A stretch of 64,000 nt of DNA from Candidatus Dojkabacteria bacterium (GTDB lineage: Bacteria; Patescibacteriota; Dojkabacteria; B142; OLB20). Of this stretch, positions 60,526 to 64,000 are shown one piece after another; positions within the stretch are counted from its first letter, which is position 1; each line of letters opens with the position of its first letter. Under the pieces are notes generated by a model, which was not told where the DNA came from, searched no databases, and saw only the letters and a program-made list of their open reading frames with translations. The translations under genes were made by a program, and so were the position numbers. The stretch spans positions 59,987 through 123,986 of the forward strand of contig DAOMOX010000001.1 in assembly GCA_035444565.1 (NCBI GenBank), written 5' to 3'.

Positions 60526-63500
60526 GTGAGACTCATTACAAACTATGGAGGGGAATACTCCCCTCCCTTTTTTGCACCAAGTAATTCAGTGCAATTAGAC
60601 TTAAAATATGCCGACCTACACTCCTATATAACTGGAGTAGTCAATGTTGTTGAAAATAATAGCAGTAACCAAAGGGAAAAATTAGGTCTAGGTTCGATTT
60701 GGGGGAATAAATCTTCTCTTCGAGATTTTGATTTATCTAATAATCAAGTAGGATTACGAGGGAGTTATAAATTAGGTAAGAACTTAGACTCTGATGAATC
60801 TGATACTGGATTGTTACCATACTATCAGAAAGATGGAAGGTTAGACGCTTTTCCTGGTCAAAAACCCACCCATAAAGGAGCGAGATATTATATTTCTGTA
60901 GACTCAAGTGTTCCCACACAGTGGAAGTTAGAAGTCATAAAAGAAGATGTTAATGATGCAATAGCGCAACTTTCAGAAGGATATGAAGATGAAAACTATC
61001 TACAATATCTCGGAGTGATTGACCATTTACGTAACCATATAAGCACTTTATATCATTCATACACATATAAGGATAGGTATGAATTAACTGAAAATGCAGA
61101 GTACGTAGAAAGGAGAGAGAGGATTTTCAATTCTATGGTTAATATTACCCAGGAGTACTATTTAACTTTGCTTGGCCATAAGTCAGGAGTTGAAATTAAT
61201 TCAGCAGAAATACTTTCTATTGTTGATGATACTACAAACGATTTATTGGGACGAGATGATGTGGTTTTCAAGATGCCAGAAATTGAAAACTCTCTGAAAG
61301 TACTAGCATTTGCAGACTTGGTTACAGACAAGCATCCTGAAATTGATGTGGTTGTTGGTGCTCCATCGGGAGGAAGCGAAACTGCAATAGTTACAGATCT
61401 CCTATATAAAATTAAAAATCCCAATAGAGAAAGACAATTGGAGTTACTTCCAATTTCTACACACTCTGCATCAGTTAAGAGGGATGACGAAGAAACCACC
61501 AAAGACGACATTGAAGATTACATAAAATCAAATGGGATTGAATTCCAAGGAAAGAAAGTATTATTTGTCGACGACAACAGCAATACTGGACGTACTTTGG
61601 CACTTGCAGAAAATATAATTATTAATTCAGGTGCAGAAAATGTTATTTGTAGAGTAGTAGAGGCAGATCCGATAAGAATTCAATTAAAGTCAAGTCCAGA
61701 CAACGTTCAACTTGTGCCTAATCCGATGGTGAACGAATGTTCAGTTGGGTTTGTACCTATAACGAGAGGTGCGGGTCTACTATCTCCAGATCGTCAAATG
61801 CTTAAAATAGAAAGACAGGGTGTCCTACGCAGAAATTATAATAGAACTACAAATGCGGAAGATTCTCCAATGGAGCGAGATGAGGTGGATTCGAAAACTC
61901 AGGAAAGTAGAACGGAAGCAGAAATAAAAGTATGTGGAGTTCACAACATCTATGATGCCCAAGCATGTTTGCTCTCTGGGGTTAGAAATTTCGGAATACA
62001 TTTAACTTACACCCCAGAAGAGTACAAGAGAAAAGCACTAGGAATCGATGATCCGAGAGTAGCTATAAAGATGAATAAAGTACACGATTTTTACAGTGAC
62101 CGGGATTTACCCTTACCATGGCTCGAATTAAATCCTATAAGAGACATGATAGATTATCTTGACGAAAGTGAAATAGAAACTAACCTATTCCTACTGATGA
62201 GACCTAAAAGTTCAGACGAAGCTATAAGAATATTAAGAAGAGTTATTCCAAGTGGAAGTCAGCAAAAAGTAACCCTCCAGTTACAAGGTGATTATGATGC
62301 CGAATTGGTCAATTCCATCAGGGAAGAATTAAAAGCTGGATTTGAAAATGAAATTTCAATCGTACAGATGGTTGCCCTGGATGAAGATGATTTAGATCGA
62401 AAAATTTTTGAATTGAATTCTGATACAAATGTGGATGCGGTTCTAGTTGATTCAAAGAAAAAAGGTGGAACTGGGGAGCAAGGGGATATCGAACAACTAG
62501 TAAGAGTTCTAGGAGGAATCTCAAAGAGAAAATATTTGGCTGGAGGGCTTTCTAGTTCAAATATAAATCAAACGTTAGAAATACTGAGGAATAACGGAAT
62601 CCAAGTTGAGGGATTGGACTTAGAGTCGTCTGTTGAATTTGACGAAACCATGATAAAAGTTAAATCGGATGGAAGTATAGTAAAAAGACGTAAAGATCCT
62701 GAGAAAATATCACGATTTGTTGATGAAGTTGAATTAATTGAATATATGGAAATCACAATTCAAGACACCCAATTCAAAACGGTTTTAAATCAAGCTTGGG
62801 AATTTGCTAAAAACGAAACTGGTTATTTCAATCTTGATGCAGCAGCAGAAGGATTTTGGATCTATGCTTCCCAGGAGGGTTTACTAACCGACATTGCATT
62901 ATCGAATAAGACTGCATTCATCAATCAATTTAGAATCGCCGCTTCTACATACCCTGCTATACCAGGAATCGTGCGCGAGAAGTTAAGCAGAGATGAAGAA
63001 AGTGATGCTTTTCAGGAGAAAAAGCCTCAAGCATGGCTGAATGCTGGTGTTGGAAACTTTCTTAGTCAAATCGCTAATGCTGGTGATGTTTCATCAATAA
63101 TTTGGACTGCTGGTGATTCTGTAGTTGAGGACTACCCAAGGATAGGTAATTACGCAATGACCGAAGAACAACGACTTCGTTACGAATTATCTGGTTTGGA
63201 GAGACTTTCGAATCAAATATTTGCCGAACATACAGGCATAGAATTTATAGCACATCCTGACAAGCTGGGCGTTGTCGGAAAAAGAATCGAGGAGTGGAGC
63301 CAACACGGAACGATATATGTAATGGATAACGACTTGGAGAATCTCAGAAGGTTTAATGAAATTTGTAACAAACATGGCGTAACGAATGTACAGATAATAC
63401 ACATTGATGGTCCTTTAGATGGATATTCTGATAGAATCACAAATTTGGTACCTGGAGATCTAGTTATCATGGATATGGACGACGTTTTACTAAATGGCGA

Positions 63501-63570
63501 GTTCAGGAAATTCCACCAGCCCAGAAATATATTGAAACACTTAACCGATTTGGGCTACTACCATGAATGA
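60526..63570 (+). CDS. multidomain protein: type I phosphoribosyltransferase + TrpF-like TIM barrel + HAD-like region
   Basis: 'VLFVDDNSNTGRTL'; 'IKVCGV', 'LVDS...GGTG', 'LAGGL', 'GLDLESSVE', 'KDPEKI..F'; 'MDND', 'DMDDVL'; start uncertain. Confidence 0.8.
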   Translation: MRLITNYGGEYSPPFFAPSNSVQLDLKYADLHSYITGVVNVVENNSSNQREKLGLGSIWGNKSSLRDFDLSNNQVGLRGSYKLGKNLDSDESDTGLLPYYQKDGRLDAFPGQKPTHKGARYYISVDSSVPTQWKLEVIKEDVNDAIAQLSEGYEDENYLQYLGVIDHLRNHISTLYHSYTYKDRYELTENAEYVERRERIFNSMVNITQEYYLTLLGHKSGVEINSAEILSIVDDTTNDLLGRDDVVFKMPEIENSLKVLAFADLVTDKHPEIDVVVGAPSGGSETAIVTDLLYKIKNPNRERQLELLPISTHSASVKRDDEETTKDDIEDYIKSNGIEFQGKKVLFVDDNSNTGRTLALAENIIINSGAENVICRVVEADPIRIQLKSSPDNVQLVPNPMVNECSVGFVPITRGAGLLSPDRQMLKIERQGVLRRNYNRTTNAEDSPMERDEVDSKTQESRTEAEIKVCGVHNIYDAQACLLSGVRNFGIHLTYTPEEYKRKALGIDDPRVAIKMNKVHDFYSDRDLPLPWLELNPIRDMIDYLDESEIETNLFLLMRPKSSDEAIRILRRVIPSGSQQKVTLQLQGDYDAELVNSIREELKAGFENEISIVQMVALDEDDLDRKIFELNSDTNVDAVLVDSKKKGGTGEQGDIEQLVRVLGGISKRKYLAGGLSSSNINQTLEILRNNGIQVEGLDLESSVEFDETMIKVKSDGSIVKRRKDPEKISRFVDEVELIEYMEITIQDTQFKTVLNQAWEFAKNETGYFNLDAAAEGFWIYASQEGLLTDIALSNKTAFINQFRIAASTYPAIPGIVREKLSRDEESDAFQEKKPQAWLNAGVGNFLSQIANAGDVSSIIWTAGDSVVEDYPRIGNYAMTEEQRLRYELSGLERLSNQIFAEHTGIEFIAHPDKLGVVGKRIEEWSQHGTIYVMDNDLENLRRFNEICNKHGVTNVQIIHIDGPLDGYSDRITNLVPGDLVIMDMDDVLLNGEFRKFHQPRNILKHLTDLGYYHE

Positions 63571-64000
63571 ACTTATAAGTTATTTCGGTCCCAAGCATAT
63601 GCCCGAAGTTGTTAAAGATAGTTACAATGTTGCCTATTTACAACCGGGAGATACATACTCTCTGGAGGAATTTGAAGGTAGAAGAGTGAACGTTTTAGAA
63701 ACTCCATCTTTTGCTCTACCTGATGCATTATTACTTAGAATTGCGGGTTTGTTGTTATATCCCGGTAGACATCCTCAAAATCATCATGATTTGGATGTAC
63801 TATCAAACGAGGGAATTCGTACTGCTTATTTTGAAGATGATACACCCTGGAATCGAGCAGTAGTAAACTATTTATTAAAAGCTGTTGGTAGTTTTCTTGC
63901 TGGAGACCTTCAAACTTTTGCTAATTTTAAGACAAGGAAGGATATAAAATTAAGAGAGAATAATTCCGATTTGAAAATCGGTGTGATTGGGACCGGTAGC
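63563..64000 (+). CDS. partial NAD(P)-dependent oxidoreductase (D-2-hydroxyacid dehydrogenase-like), truncated by window end
   Basis: Open frame MNELISYFG... ending 'KIGVIGTGS' Rossmann motif. Confidence 0.6.
   Translation, partial: MNELISYFGPKHMPEVVKDSYNVAYLQPGDTYSLEEFEGRRVNVLETPSFALPDALLLRIAGLLLYPGRHPQNHHDLDVLSNEGIRTAYFEDDTPWNRAVVNYLLKAVGSFLAGDLQTFANFKTRKDIKLRENNSDLKIGVIGTGS

Overview
AT-rich bacterial chromosome segment read in the standard genetic code; gene style and repeat types suggest a Patescibacteria/CPR host (inference). Left part (1-12.9 kb): host genes, including a cupin, an ELWxxDGT surface protein interrupted by an in-frame TAA, and an F-type ATP synthase operon (atpB-E-F-A-G-D-C) with no delta gene. 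At 13188-13265 is tRNA-His(GUG), preceded by a duplicated tRNA 5' fragment carrying a 20-bp palindrome and by a small GIY-YIG gene. An apparently complete ~40.2 kb podovirus-like prophage (13260-53439) is integrated at the tRNA 3' end by a large serine recombinase. It encodes an intein-containing TerL, portal, N4-gp56-like capsid, tail/fibre proteins, a 2277-aa polyvalent protein, O-like replication protein and Bet. The most notable signal is a family of related att half-sites (GTCCnAy..G..-AC-CCC) at 13260, 53438, 57174 and 58818, a TA-core variant at 29727, and the likely original chromosomal half at 58890. Together they define a stack of integrase-less cassettes behind the prophage. Other unusual features: two small genes nested out of frame just after the zeta-toxin-like domain of the giant protein, a four-copy phage late-promoter motif, and candidate structured RNAs. 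All protein assignments come from motif recognition by eye, not database searches.
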